Part shown: positions 33,590-47,199 of the stretch, piece by piece
Layout: each line of letters begins with the position of its first letter
Position numbering within the stretch: the stretch's first letter is position 1
Notes under the pieces: model-generated
Databases searched by the model: none
Told to the model about the DNA's origin: nothing
What the model saw: only the letters and a program-made list of their open reading frames with translations
Translations under genes and position numbers: made by a program
Source: Lama glama
Taxonomy: Eukaryota
Reading direction: 5' to 3'
DNA: 64,000 nt
Assembly (NCBI GenBank): GCA_028534125.1
Contig: CM052816.1
Location: 98,024,001 to 98,088,000, forward strand

Positions 33590-35619
33590 ACCATCACTTT
33601 CAGCGAACTCAGTCCTGCCCTGGAACCACCTGGGTCAAATTGGGACAGTGGGGAGGGTCCAGATGGATGGAAGGAGGGCCTTCTGTGTGTGCCAATTGGT
33701 CTGGCAAACAAATACTTACCATTGCGATTCTGTATTCTGACTAACGTTTATTTAGAAATTAACAAGAATTTAAAGTTATTAGTGGAACAAATGCCCATGG
33801 AAATATACTGTAGAGTACTAAATACTACAATATATAAATAAATGCTAAGTAATACTAAAAATCACTCATTAGGATCCAGCCACATGTCTCCCATATAAAG
33901 TTAACCACCCAGAGGTTATCTTGACCATTGACATTCCCCTGCCTTTCTTAATGGTCCATGTGTCTCTGAAATGAACAGACTTGGGGAACGTGTCAGTATT
34001 TATCCACACAGCTCTGTTCTCATGGCTTGCGGCCCATGGGATTGCATTCTGCTGGTGATGTGGCAGATGAGTGGAAAAGTCCCTGGTTCTTCCAGCCTCT
34101 GCTGTTTAACTTGCTGTGTTTATGTGGTCAAGTTACTTCTATATTCTGTTCTCCACCTGTGAAATGAAGGCATCAGAACGGATCATCACTAAGTTCTCTT
34201 AGAAATCTTAACACATAATGATTCTTCAGATCCCTGACCCTCTTCAGACCCTTCTCGGCTGGCTCTGAGAGCTCCGTGAAGAATGTTGCAGGACTATTTG
34301 GTTTCTGAAAATTCACCGACACATTCAGACAACAATGGTTAGGATGAATTCAAGCAAAAGTGACTAGTGTGTCTTCCCTGTCCTTTGAAGGGCCATCTGG
34401 AATACTAATCTTACATTTCTCAGATAATTTTGATATTTTGCAGGGTCTGTTGGGGTTTAGAACACCCCAAATTTCTGCTACCAGGACTCATGTTCACATG
34501 TTAACCGACAAGAAAAACACCCCAGCCAATGTGTCTGCCAACGCAGACTAGCAAACCTGGAGCCAACCCAGGTCTTCTCGCTCCAACCCATGTGCCTCCT
34601 TCTATTGTCCCCACCGGCTGCTTGGGTGCCCTTTGTTATTGCATCTTAAAAAGTTCCTTGGGCTTTGGTTTCTTCGTCTCTAAAGTTAGATCTTAAACTA
34701 AATGATGACTAAGGCATTTCCGACTTTAAGATTCATCAACTAGCAAGAAAAGCCACCTGGTTTCATACACAATTTGAGGCGTGTGGCTATAGAGAAGCAT
34801 AGGAAAGCCATGGGACGCAGAAGCATACATCTGAGAACAGACCACATCCCCATTTTGACATGAGGGAAGAGTTGTGTTCAGCTGGGTCCAAATCTTCACA
34901 CTGTGGTTCGTTCTCATCAGGGATGTCACAGAATCTTCGCCTTCTATGAAACCTGACCAAGAAGGCCAGACTGGTTTTCACTCGGAACTTGATTCCACCG
35001 ATTTTTTGCCTTCACAGAAATAATCTGATTTGATTCCCCTGTCCCTTACGCTAAGGGATTTTTGATACGGTTGGATGTGCTGTATTTTTTTTCTAAAGAT
35101 CAAACACTCCTCCGTCTCGCAGGAAGACCATCTCCTTCCCAGGATTTTATTTTCCAGAAAAACAGCAATAATAACAACAGTAAACACAAGCAATCTCCAT
35201 AAACTCATCCATCTCCCTTCCCCAAAGTGGAATTACTTTCTAAAGACATGCAGGGAAACGTCGTGGGGGACTCAGGTAGCTGGCTGTGGGAACTTGCTTC
35301 CCAAGCAGCACCTTTCCCTTCTTAAATTTAGGGTCCCCAGTATAACAGTTGTCCCCCACCATCCCCGGCTAAGCCAAGTGCAGGCACTCCACCTTCGTGT
35401 ACAGAGCCATGGGCAGCTGAGCTCTGGTCTGCTCTTCACTGGGGACGGGCAAGCAGGGACCAGCCCAGGAGAAAAGCCCTGTCAGTGTTACAAGCCATGC
35501 AAACAGGAGAGGAAAGAAAAAGGAAAAGAAGCAGACCAAAGCAAATGGAGTGAATACCCTGCTTCTGCTAGGCAAGAAAGGGTTCTACAAGAAAAGGGAG
35601 GAATCCCAGAATAAGAGAG

Positions 35620-37430
35620 AGCTGTTGAATTAAAGATAATTGCTGGAATTAAAAAAAAAATCAGTGAAGGGTTGGAAGATGAAATAGAGAAAATCTTCCA
35701 GGCAAGAGAATAACAGCAAAAGAAACAGAATATATAGAAGAAAAAACAAGAGACCTGGAGGAAAAATGTATAAGGTCCAACATGTGATTAATGGAAGTTA
35801 AAGAAAACAGAGTGAAAGGAATTATATAAAAAAGAGACTGAGAACTTTCTAGAATTAAGGGACAAATGTTCAGATTGAAACAGCCCCCTGAGTTCTCAGT
35901 GCTGTGAATGAGACCTATGCCCAGACACACTCCCGAGGGATTTCATCACAACATACAACAGCCAAGACGTGGAAACAACCTGAATGTCCACTGACGGATG
36001 ACTGGATAAAGTTGTGGTGTATTTATACATGGAATACTGCTCAGCCATAAGAAGAAAAAATGCCATCTGTAGCAACATGGATGAATCTGGAGATCATCAT
36101 TCTAAGTGAAAGTAAGCCAGAAAAAAGAAAGAAAAATACCATATAAGATCACTCTTATGTGGAATCCTAAAAAAAAAAAAAAAAAAGAAAAAAAAGAATA
36201 TACTGATGAACTCATCTACAAAACAGAAACAGACTCATAGACATAGTCAACAACCTTATGGTTACCAGGGGGAGGGAAGGAAGGGATAAATCTGGGAGTT
36301 TGAGATTTGCAAATATTAACTTCTATATATAAAAAGATAAAAAACAAATCTCTTCTGTACAGCACAGGGAACTTTATTCAGTATCTTGTAATAACCTTTA
36401 ATGAAAAAGAATATGAAAAGAATATATGTATGTACATGTGTGACTGGGACATTATGCTGTACACCAAAAATTGACACATTGTAACTGACTGTACTTTAAT
36501 AAACGAAATAAAATGAACATATGAAAAAACAAGACAAATAACAACAACAACAAAAAAAAACAAGGATGCCAAAAGGCTCTTTTTGGAAATAAGAATCGGT
36601 TTGAAATAAGACCTCTCGTGATCCACAGTGGCTGCTGAAAGACGATGGAGTGCTCTTCCGAATTCTAAAGGAAAGTGACTTTGAACCAAGATTTCCCTAC
36701 TCAGCCAAACTATTAAAAGTCTGAAGAATGAAGGCAGAATGAAAACACTGCAGATGTGTGAGGATTCAGACATCGTATCTACCAGTGTTGTTTCATTGAA
36801 AGTTACTTCAGTTTGTACTCAAGCAAGGCAAGAAAGAGGAAGAGGGGTGTCCAGGAGACAGCAGGAGCGGCGCTCCCAGGTGAAGGTCTTGTGGTCTGGA
36901 AGACAGAGCCTGGCTGGGAGTGTGAGGATGGGAGCTCCCAGAGGCCCTTTCTGGGGGAAAGAGGACTTGACTGAGTAGAATTGATACTGGAGAGGTTGAC
37001 GGGGAGGGGGAGGATATGAAGAAGGCAATTCTTTAAAAGGCATTGGAAAGACAATAAACAGTATAATGAGAGAAATAAAACAGCACATTCTCTGGCTGTG
37101 CATAGACACACTTTCATAGTCGTAGGAAGACACCACTGTTGGCTGCTTTGTAACACCCGGAACCAATCCTACAGATGAAGAGCTCAGGGGGTCGCGGGCT
37201 GGCAGCTTACACATTTGAGGGTGGGGATGCATGGCTTACACCTGACGGGGTTAAGAGATAAGAGGGCACTACTCAAAGTTACAAAAGACCCGTAGGAAAA
37301 CTAGAAATGGGGATGGACTCGTTGGGAGTAGCGGTGGAGTGTAATTAAGCTGAGCCCTCCTATGTCAAAACGTGAAGTCAATATATAATTCCTTAATGGG
37401 CAGATTAAGTAATGCCCATATGAGCACATC
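35620..37430 (+). mobile_element. Old, decayed L1M/HAL1 ORF1-like region hosting a younger L1
   Basis: A-rich with L1 ORF1-like remnants (aggtccaacatgtgattaatggaagtt, cagattgaaa, gaaccaagatttccctactcagccaaacta). Confidence 0.6.
35950..36560 (+). mobile_element. Lineage-specific L1: ORF2 C-terminus, 3' UTR and A-rich tail
   Basis: agccaagacgtggaaacaacctgaatgtcca...gcaacatggatgaatctggagatcatcattctaagtgaa is the L1 ORF2 end. The 3' UTR is shared with the copies at 15.7, 19.3, 31.1 and 61.1 kb. Confidence 0.92.
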
Positions 37431-39565
37431 GCGTAGAGCAATGTCGGTAACCACTGGGAGAGGAAGCAACGGGGAGGGGTTAGGAAGCGGTGGGGGGGGT
37501 ATGGCTGCTCTTTGTAGGTCCTCCTGAGCTTTTTGAGTTTTTCAACCATATAGTGTATTGTTGGATGGAAACTGGAGAAGGCACACAATAAATTAAAAAC
37601 AACAAAGGGACCTGGTGAAAATCTTTCCCCAGGTTGCCTTGGGCTGAGTAGGCAGCAGATCTGGGATCCTCTGCTTGGTACTGGAGATTCTGTTCTGGTC
37701 CGAGTTCTGGGAGCCAAATTCCAAGCCCTGACATCTCTGCTCTCTCCTGCCCTGGGAGCTTCCCTGCCTTTCCTGCCCCCACCCAAGGATGCAGGCTGCC
37801 CTCAGTTTTGCAAGAGACCATGAATCCCCTGCTGTGATTTCCAGGCATCCAAGGGGCCTCTCAGTTGGTTCATCACTCTTGCTGTTGAGTGAAGAAAAAA
37901 CTTAAAGTGTTATTTCTCACCAGGTGTTTACGGCTCTCTCCACTCTGAACATCTCCAGCAACATCCACAGTTGCACATACACAGGCAGACTTAATCACAC
38001 TCCCACACACTCCCACACACTCCCACGTACAGGGAGCCCTTGGGTCCCCCGGGACATGACCTGAGGGGACTTTTCAGAGCTGTGTCTGACTCATGGCTGA
38101 GCAAGCTGACCGGGTTCTCGCTGGAGCATCTGCAGTGTAATTAATCATCTGTGAGTCTTACAGCCTCAGCATTCCCGGAGAGGTTCTGGAAAATCTGTGG
38201 AGAAATCCCTGTGTCTACCCAGAGGGATCCCGTAAAGAAAGAGCCCATTGCAGAGAAAAGAGACTCGGAAAGTGAGACCCAGGAGCTGAACCAAATATTA
38301 ACAAAGGGAAAAACCAATTTCTAAAATTAATTACAGTAACATATGTGACGATGCCTGCCATAGAGTGGTTCCTTAGTACCTGTTAGCATAACAAAATTCC
38401 TGTCCGCAATTTAACATCTATAAATAGTCTAAGCTTTGAGAAGTGTTAATTCGCCCTCTCAAGGAAGAATTCATATGCCATTTGGAAAATACGGAATTTA
38501 AAACCCAGCAATTATTACAGAAGCTGGGATTAAAATAGATACCTTAGGATAGATTGTTTGTCATAGTGGTATATGTGTTAGGTACAAAAGTCCTTTGATA
38601 ATTTAGTGGCTAGGCATTATTTAGTTTACGATTGTCATTATGCCCAAAAAAAGTTATTTATGCTTTTAATCAAAACCAGAGCTGGATAATTTCTGCTATG
38701 ATGATACTTGTGAAATATACTCAGATCAACAGACTGGAGATTAACATGAAAGACTGAAGGTGAAGGAAACACAGCTCTTGGGGAGATGATGTTTTGGCTG
38801 TGGATAGCTACACATAACTCAGCATAGCAGACACACAAATAAACCCGTAACGCTATTTGTATGGCAGTTTCTTAGCAATTATACATGGCTAACAAGTAAT
38901 TAAGCCTCTATCTAAGATTCGGAGAAGATATGGTATCAAAATGAACCCTCACCCCACTCTTTTAACTACTGGAGTAACTACCTCTGCATATTTAAAAGCT
39001 GTTAGGGGGATGTGATGCTATATGTAGGGGGGGGACACTGCAACCTAGCTTTAGTGTCCTGGGCACATTTCAAGTCCCAGGCATGGGAAGCGGACAGTAG
39101 AGGACAGCAGTGGGGCTTGGACAAGTCACCTCCTCCTGTGTGGCAAAGAACTACTCTAGGTGATGATAGCGGGTTTAAGTGATAGGAGTAAAAGTTGCAC
39201 AATACAAAAAAAAATTTTAGTAAGCATTTAAAGCAGAGAAAATTCTGCACTGGGTCACAGCGTTGCTATTCTCGCTAATGGGTAAGTCAGTGCAAAACTC
39301 TACCTCATCAAAGTTCATAAATCTGATGGTTGTTGGTGCAATTTGAGATGCCCAGACACTCAAAAATCCTAGAGAGCCATTCCAAGTTGGGTAAGCTGAC
39401 TCAGTTTAGAATTCCTGTGTCTTGTGGAATTTTAAATCACTTTCTTGAGTCCCGACTTCCTAGAGTTCCAGGTTTGGTAACAAGCACAGGAGTGCTCATG
39501 TCTCAAGGCTGGCAGGGAGTGGGCTCAGGACAGGCTCTGGAACATCCTCTATGATTCCGATATGA

Positions 39566-39990
39566 GTGTGCTAGTTTCTTACTGCCTTGGTAACAAATTA
39601 CCTTGCATTTGGCGGCTTAATACAGCATGAATTTATTTTCTCAGTTCTGGAGGCTGTAAGTCTAAAATCGAAATGTCAGAAAGCTCTAGAAAAGGATCCT
39701 CCCTTGACCCTTCCAGCTTCTGGAGGCTCCAGGTGCTCCCTGGCTTGCGGCAGCATCCCTCTGAGCTTTGCCTCCGTCTTCACATGGCCTTCTCCCCTAT
39801 GTGTCTCTCTCCCCTTCTGGCTTTTATAAGGACACTTGTTGTTGAATTTAGGGTCCACCCAGAATGATCTCCTCGTCTCCACATCCTTAATTTAATTGTA
39901 TCTGCAAAGACTCTTTTTTTTTTCCTCCCAAATTAGGTCATATTCACAAGTTCCAGGGACTAGGACTATGGGCATGTCTTTTGGGGACCT
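39566..39990 (-). mobile_element. MLT1C-like LTR
   Basis: cagttctggaggctgtaagtctaaaatc...gcctccgtcttcacatggccttct...ggtcatattcacaagttccagggactaggac. Confidence 0.88.
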
Positions 39991-40061
39991 GAGATGCAAA
40001 GCTCAGCTGCCCCTTCCTCTGCGTCACCACACAGAAAGCATCTTGGACCACTGAGGCTCTG

Positions 40062-40170
40062 GCTGGGGTTCTCAGTGGGCACTGTTGACATTTGGGGGAA
40101 AACTCTTCATTGTGTGGGACAGTCTCATGATGATTAGCATCCTGAGACCCCCACCTACTATGTGCCCATA
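40062..40170. mobile_element. MER20/MER117-like hAT fragment
   Basis: ggggttctcagtgggcactgttgacatttggg...ttcattgtgtgggacagtc. Confidence 0.55.
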
Positions 40171-40179
40171 ATGTTCTCA

Positions 40180-40662
40180 TGGTAGCAGAATAATGGCCCC
40201 CAACCATGTCCTACTCACTGGAATTTGTGAGTATGTTAGGTTACATGGCAGGGGGCAATTAGGCAGCAGGTGGGATTAAGGTTGCTACTCAGTGGACCTC
40301 ACAATAGGAAGAGCATCTCAGATTATCCAGGTGGCCCCAGTGTAATCATAGGATCAAAATGCAAAGGAAGGAGGGAGGCAGGAGGGCTAGAGGCAGGGAA
40401 GGTGATGTGAAAACAGAAGCAGAGGGCAGGGCAATGTACTGCTGGCTTTGAGGATCAAGCATAGGCTGAAGCACCAGGGTGCCTCTAGCAGCTGAAAAAG
40501 GCAGGGGATCCAATTCTTCCCCAGAGCCCCAGAAGGAATGCAGCCCTGCTGACACCTTGATTCTAGCCCATGAGATTCATCCCAGTGTTCCAATCTCTGG
40601 AGCTCAGGAGAATAAGTTTGTGTTGTTTTAAGCCAGCTATGTCTGCAGCAGTAGGAGCAACA
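40180..40662 (+). mobile_element. MLT1D-like LTR
   Basis: gcagaataatggccccc...ggattaaggttgct...gattatccaggtggccccagtgtaatca...gaaggaatgcagccctgctgacaccttga. Confidence 0.9.
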
Positions 40663-41120
40663 GTCCCCGGGTGTGGGGACAACCACAAACATCCTGTTAT
40701 GTTTCCAAATAACACCTGGGTGGGTAGCAGCCCTTGTATAGAACCCTTTTACGCAGTGTGGAGAGGGTAAAGCAGGGCAAGGTGGACTTCTGGCCTCCCA
40801 CTGCTGCCCTTCATTCAATTCTTCCTCTTCCGAGGAGCTTCAAATTGCCTTGAAAATAGCTCTTCCTCTCCCCCTTCCTGGCCAGCTTTTCTCTCTTCCT
40901 GACACGTGTACCCCTTCTCCCTGTGCAGGAAGGATTTCTTCCCTTCAACCATGCAGAGTGGAGCTGGGCGTCCCCACCAGCACCAAAGACAGGGCTCCTT
41001 TTTCTTTAAAGAGTTACCCCTCTGTGGAAGCAGAGGTGAAAGTAATGAACTTGAAGACTTTGAAAGTTCAGATAGATTTTAGTTGCAGTTGTTCCTTTTG
41101 ACTCTCTAGACATTTAGATT

Positions 41121-41569
41121 TGTCAACTGAAAAAAATGCACAACCTAAAAGTTGAGAATTATTTTTTATTTGGTGAACACACTGAGGACTTAAGCCCAGG
41201 AGACAGCTCCTCAGGACAGCTCTGAGGGACTGTTATGAAGAGGTAAGAGAGAAGCAAGGACACAGAGGAGTATTTTTGCCAAAAAACCCCAGGTAGTTGG
41301 AACATCAAAAGATTACTATTAACTAAAGAAAAAATTGGACATCGTGAGTTAATGAATTTAGCACTTTTTTATGTTTGGGAAGATGCAAGAGTCAGGCTTG
41401 TTGCAATCGTTCCTTGGATGTGCACCTTAACTGTCTAGGGCCAGTATCCTATTTTTTCCATCTGGAATCGTCTCAGGGTGCACCATCAGGAGGTGGGTGC
41501 AGTGACTGATGACTTAATGGTTGCAACATCCTTTGTTTACTGATATGGCAGGTGACATTCTTGTCCACA
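41121..41569. mobile_element. Complete ERV1 solo LTR (cetartiodactyl MER41-like) with 4-bp TSD
   Basis: TG...CA termini, TSD GATT at 41117-41120 and 41570-41573. The sequence resembles the recalled artiodactyl MER41-type consensus (tgcacaacctaaaagttgagaatt...ctgaggacttaagccc...cagctctgagggactg). Confidence 0.85.
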
Positions 41570-42041
41570 GATTCCAACACTCAAGACAGATGATCAGCAG
41601 CATACACTCGAGCAACAAATATTTAGTGTGTGCCAACTGTTTGCTAAGCCTGTGAAAGCCAACACAGGCACCATGCCTGTCCCACGCCTCGCCTGGAGAA
41701 GACAGGTGGGGTGATCTGAATGTCCATATCCTGTTCCACTATCTGGATAGCTTACTGATGCCAGGCCTCAGGCTTTCTTCTCTGGTCTCCTCCCAGACCC
41801 CAGCATATTTCTGGGGTTCCCGGGGAACATTCCATATGCACTGACAAATCAAGATGCCACTTAGCCCTTCTGCCAAGTGGATAGCGCCACTTATACATCT
41901 TCCCACTGGAACATAAATTACCAAGGGACAGGGACTTTTGCAAACATTTCCCCCTAATACTTTTCTCTCTTATTCTAGGGTAAAAAAAAATGAGACTATG
42001 GTAAAAGTAAATAAAAGATACCACATCTGTGGCTCTCTCCC

Positions 42042-42550
42042 CACGATGGTTAATTTTATGTGTCAGTTTGACTGGGCTAAGAAATGCCCAGATAGCTGGA
42101 AAAATATTATTTTGGGGTGTGTCTGTGAGGATGTTTCCAGAAGAGATTAGCATTTGAATTGGAAGAGCAACCAAAGAAGATCACCCTCACTTGTGGGGCG
42201 GGTGCCATCCAACCTGCTGGGAAACTGACTAGAATAAAAAGGGAAGGAAAGGTGAATTTGCTCTCTGCTTGAGCTGAGATGTGCATGTTCTGCCCTGGAA
42301 CATCAGCGCTCCTGATTCTCGGGCCTTTGTACTCAGACCAGGACTGAGGCTTTTGGCTCCTCTGGTTTTCAGGCCTTCAGGTTGGGACTGAACTACAGCT
42401 CCAGCAGGGCCTTCGCCTTGCAGATGGCAGATCATGGGACAGCTCGACTGCCATCAGCATGTGACCCAGGTCCTTATAACAAACCTCTTCCTATGTATCT
42501 CTCTACGTACATCCTATTGGTTGCATTTCTCTGGAGAACCCTGACTAATT
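42042..42550 (+). mobile_element. MLT2 (ERVL) solo LTR
   Basis: gatggttaattttatgtgtcagtttgactgggctaag...cctattggttgcatttctctggagaaccctgactaat. Confidence 0.92.
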
Positions 42551-43289
42551 GACCACTTGGCTCCGGGGCTCATTGCCTGATGGATGTGCAGGTGGGTCTC
42601 TGGCCATCACCACTGCCCAGATCTCCCCTCCTCTGACCCTGACCACAGGCAAGATTCCACATCCTCCTCCCTTCCAGCAAGAGTATGAACAAAGCTTTCC
42701 TGCCAGGTTCATGCTCAGGGCAAGTCACCTGTGGGAATCCGGGTACCCTGCTTGGTCTGCCAAGTCCTTTAGATTCCAGCCGCATGCCACCACCTACCCC
42801 TGGGATCCCTCAGGGGCACGCACTTAACAAACAGGAGCTGAGGAGGGATCCTGAAGGTGCCCTCTGCCAACAGCCCCCACGAGTGAGTCATCCTGGCCAG
42901 TCTTTGTGCTCCACTGAGGACACAGAGTAACTCTTTTACTAGCATCGGAAGGGCTGTTGTCCCTGGGGAGGATCTGGGTGGAGGGGACGTAGCACCCTTG
43001 CTTGGGCATGTTATTTGAGTACCACTGGGATTTGATGTCCAAGGAAGTCTCAGAAGCAGCACTACAACAGCTGAAGTACTGGGTTCTCAGGTAAACTAAC
43101 ACCAGAGGAGTTACCTGTCCATTCATTCATTCAATAAACTTTTGAGCATCTTTACTGTGCTAATCACCAAAGAACGAAAAATAAATGACAGCCTCCATTC
43201 TTGAGAGCTCACAGCATGATAACTAAACAGCTACCTGTACTATAACATACCATGTTCCACACTAATAGTTGCAGACAGGAGTGCTTGTC

Positions 43290-43480
43290 TTGGGCCAGGC
43301 ACTGTGTCAAGCACTGTGCTTGTATCATCTCATTTATACTCCTAAGAGCCCTGGAGAAGAGCCTGTTATTTCCCACATTCTATGAGAAATAGAAAAAACT
43401 GAGGCACAAAGAGGTTAAGTGATTTGCTCAGTATCACACAGGTGGTAAATGGTGGAGCCTGATTCAAAACCGCATGTGTT
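43290..43480 (-). mobile_element. MIR SINE
   Basis: aaactgaggcacaaagaggttaagtgatttgctcagtatcacacag. Confidence 0.8.
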
Positions 43481-43539
43481 AGTGCAAAGCTCAGACACTA
43501 TAACAAAGAGCCCGCAGATTTAATAACAGCAGCTAACTG

Positions 43540-44030
43540 ATAGAGTGGACATGACATTCTAAATGTTTGATGATTGACCAGAGGCCCCAGTGCTTTACTC
43601 TGAAATTTATTGCAGTTTATGCTCCCATGGACTGCTTCTAGCCAATAACTGAGTGAGGCAGGAATACAAAGGCATATCCACCCAGCGAGACTCAGGACTC
43701 CACTGACGAAGGATCCAGGTTTGAGGACTCCAGAGTAGCCTTACCAAGCTCTACTTAGAGTGCACTGCACTCTCAGATGCTTCTCCACTGTTCCTTCCTT
43801 CATTCCTTTGTCCCCTGATTCATTCCTTCTCTCCCACCTTCTCCTTCCCTCCTTGCTTCCTTCCTTCTCTCCTCTTCTTGGCGTCACACCTTTGTCTTGG
43901 TCTGGTGGTTCTCCTAGCCTTTCCTGGTTCCTTCCCCATTTTCTTTCACCAATATTTCTTTTAAAAAATGTCTTGTATGTTCAATCACTTCTTGGGGTCT
44001 GCTTCACATAGGACCTAGACTAGCAAAACT
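43540..44030 (+). mobile_element. LTR16-like (ERVL) LTR
   Basis: ctttactctgaaat...gcttctagccaataactgag...cttggggtctgcttcacataggacctagacta. Confidence 0.65.
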
Positions 44031-45131
44031 AAAGCCATTTTCCAGAAGGTTAAGGAGGCTGGCACTAGTTACCAGAACTGGGCATTAATAACTACGTCTG
44101 TACAAGGTAGTATAGACCTTCATGGCCCCTCTTAGCTTCCACCTTCCATACTGAAGAGTTTTAATGTATTTTCATTTAATCTTCTGACAAAAATTGCTTC
44201 GTATTTGCTTATTTCAGGTGCTCTTTGCTGGAGAGCATCCCGTCCCAGTTTATGGTCTTTCTTGATCAGAACCAGAGGCAGGTGTTCCTGGTCCATGTGC
44301 ACCATGATTTTCTGCAAAGTAAGAATTTGTTTTTTGGATCATCGTAATTAGAAGTACATACTTGAGCACAACGAATTTCTCTTTGAAGTGTCTGAGATAA
44401 ACTTAGATTTCTGCTGAGCATCATGGGGCTATGAGCTATCAGGACTTCAGAAATGTCCTGAAGGAGATAATAGGGTGAAAATTGGTATGAAGTCAAAAAA
44501 GTTTGTATTTCTGTATTTGTGTGTGTATGGGTGTGTATAATTGGCTAAAGACATAGATGTCCCACTTTTTTAATATTTCTATAATACTACACTGTCCTCT
44601 CCTGAATTTGTGGCAAATTTTTCTTAAAGACTTCATAGTGAATGTCAACTGCAAGCTTCCACTTCCTGATTGGTTCACAGGACAATCTGCAGGCTGTACG
44701 GGTGTAATGTGTAAGGTTCAGCTACACGGAATTTCAGGTACAACTACAGACATTTCATGTAAAAGAAAACAGGAGGGAAATCTTACTGTTTCTCAATACT
44801 TATTAGTGTGAAAACAAGCTGCAATGTATATTTTTTATGGCAAAAGTCTGCGCTGTGCTCTCATCAACATGTAAACCTAATAGAATGAATGGTGAACCTG
44901 ATTCATTTGAACATTCGTGTGTCAACGTGGCACTTGGGGAAAAATGACATCAGCATCTCCTACCAGCTGGAATTGTTCTGCCTCCCAATTCTGTACGTAG
45001 GGAAGTTTGTTTGGCTTACATTTGACCATGTATGGTGCAAATTACAGTAGCATCCTCTCAGGGGTATGAAGAATAAATGAGATAATCTATGTAAAATGCT
45101 CAGTAACATGCTAGATATTGGCATCAGTATG

Positions 45132-45163
45132 ATCATGACCATCATCATCATCATCATCATCAT
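45132..45163 (+). repeat. (CAT)n microsatellite at the end of a MIR fragment
   Basis: Tandem CAT units, preceded by MIR-like aataaatgagataatctatgtaaaatgctcag. Confidence 0.85.
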
Positions 45164-46121
45164 TAAAAAACAGAGTTGCAAATCTTCCCTCTGCTAGAAC
45201 TGCTAATGTGCGGAAAATCCACAAAGTGAAAAGCAGAAGCCAGCTGGTTGGCCCTCTTGGTAGGACAGCTGCATTTCTTTAACTTAAGCTGAGTCTGGTT
45301 CTCAGAATGAATGGCAAAAAATGCTCCAAATGGTGCCACTAAGGGCCACGAGTGCTGACTGAGCAGCAATAATGTGAAAGAAAAAAAAAAAAAGAAAGAA
45401 AAGTAGCCTCCAGTTTCCAAGGTCACAAAGTATTAGAAGTCTGGAAATTTCCCAGGGGCAGATCACATTGACCTCAGGGAGGAACCAAAGCGACTCCGTC
45501 TACCGTCAGCAGAGTGCTGCAGGTTTTCTGCGTGCAGTGTCCTACCAGGTGGGACTTCTGACTTGCTGGGATTTTCCAGCCTGATTCCATTTACATTTGG
45601 AACCTGAGGTGTTTAAATCTTAAAACATTTCTTACAAACAAATCAACACTATTTAGCTTGCTGAGTAAAGGGAAGGCAGCCACAATTTAGCTGTTTCAGG
45701 AGGAAAAGGGAGAATTTCCATGTAGGTCTCAGTGGGTTTGAAAAGCTTTTGATTTCATCAGAGAACAACAGTCAATGGGACAATGACTTAGGGCAACTGG
45801 GAGATGAGTGATTTAGAGATGCTTTCAAACTCTGGCGCACTCAGTGGGTCTCAATGGCTGTACTCAGGATGGTTTCAAAAGTCAGACTTGAAAATTGCCC
45901 ATTTCTGTTCTCAGTTTATCCAATGCAAATGGGAGGAGAAAGAAAGAAAGAAGAAAACAGTTATGGGAAGAAAAATTGGACCTGATGATTAATCATGAAT
46001 CACCAAAATGTAGGGAATGCTACCCTCGTTGTACTCACTATGACCTGGTCTGAACTAAATACCTCGCAGTCACAATACAGAGGGCAAGGGAGGGCTGATG
46101 TTCCTGAACAGAAGAGGCAGG

Positions 46122-46578
46122 TGTTATGGGTTGAATCGTGGGCCCTCCACTAAGATGTTTTGGAATCCTAACTCCCGGTACCTAAGAATGTGACTATTTG
46201 GAAAAGAGTCTTTGCAGATGTAATCAAGTTAAAATGAGATCATTAGGGTGGGCTCTAATCTGATATGACTGATGTCCTTACAAAAAAAAGGGGAAATTTG
46301 GACAGAGACATGCAGACAGTGGGAGCACCATGTGCACATGAAGGCCGAGAGAAGGGTGATGCATCTACAAGCCAAAGAACACAAAGGATGGCCAGCAAGC
46401 CTCCAGAATCCAGGGAGAGGCATGGACCAGATTCTTCTTACCAGCCTTGGAAAGAGCCAACCCTGCTGACACCTTGGTATCAGGGTTTTGGGCCCCAGGA
46501 CTGTGAGACAATACATTTCTACTGTTGAAGCCCCTCAGTTTGCAATATTTTGTTGCAGCCTCCTTGAGAACTGATACA
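46122..46578 (+). mobile_element. MLT1C-like full-length solo LTR
   Basis: tgttatgggttgaat start, gtctttgcagatgtaatcaagttaaaatgag, ending aactgataca. Confidence 0.92.
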
Positions 46579-47199
46579 ACGGGTAATGTGATCACAGACC
46601 CAGGGTGACCCTTACTAGGCAGGGTACAAGCGGCAATGCAGAACATCTCCATGGAGCCTTTTCTATAGCCACAGCTGCTCTTAGAAACTGGCCCTATCAT
46701 GGGCTACTTACGCAAGTACCTGAGGCAGCAGAAACGGCTCACTGAGTGCTGCAAAAACCAGGAGAGGGGCAGCACTGATGGGGCCATGAGTCAAAACTGC
46801 AGAAGCACCCATTTCTCTTGTTTGGAAAACAATCTGTGGCCAAGATCTACCTGACAGAAAAGGGGGGCTTCCTGGGGAGCTACCCCCACGGTGGAAAAAT
46901 AGGCATTTGGTTTCTTCCTACAGCTTCCCTGTTTCCTTTCCCCCGTCTTTCCAATTAGCGTAAACTGTTTATCGGGCTGGTCTGCTTATATCTGGGACTC
47001 TGGGGGATGTGCACGTTTGGGTTACTGTTCTCAAAATCCCTAAAATATGACTGGGAAACTAAGGCATAAGATACCCAGGGATTTTAATGACAAGTCAGGG
47101 GGTACTTAGAAGTTCAAAGTCAAAAAAGGCAGGTAATAGTGAGAACAGGGGTAACAGCCCAGTGCTCTTTCCACGACCCTCTCTACGCTAGATCCAGTG

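Noticed and set aside
33057..33740. 227-aa and 212-aa ORFs
   Set aside because: Artefacts of the N gap.
37996..38026. Three copies of CACACTCCCA; similarly (GGTGACA)3 at about 61977
   Set aside because: Ordinary short slippage repeats with no spacers; not CRISPR-like.
44960..45181. ORF with a poly-Met run
   Set aside because: Antisense reading of the (CAT)n microsatellite and MIR.
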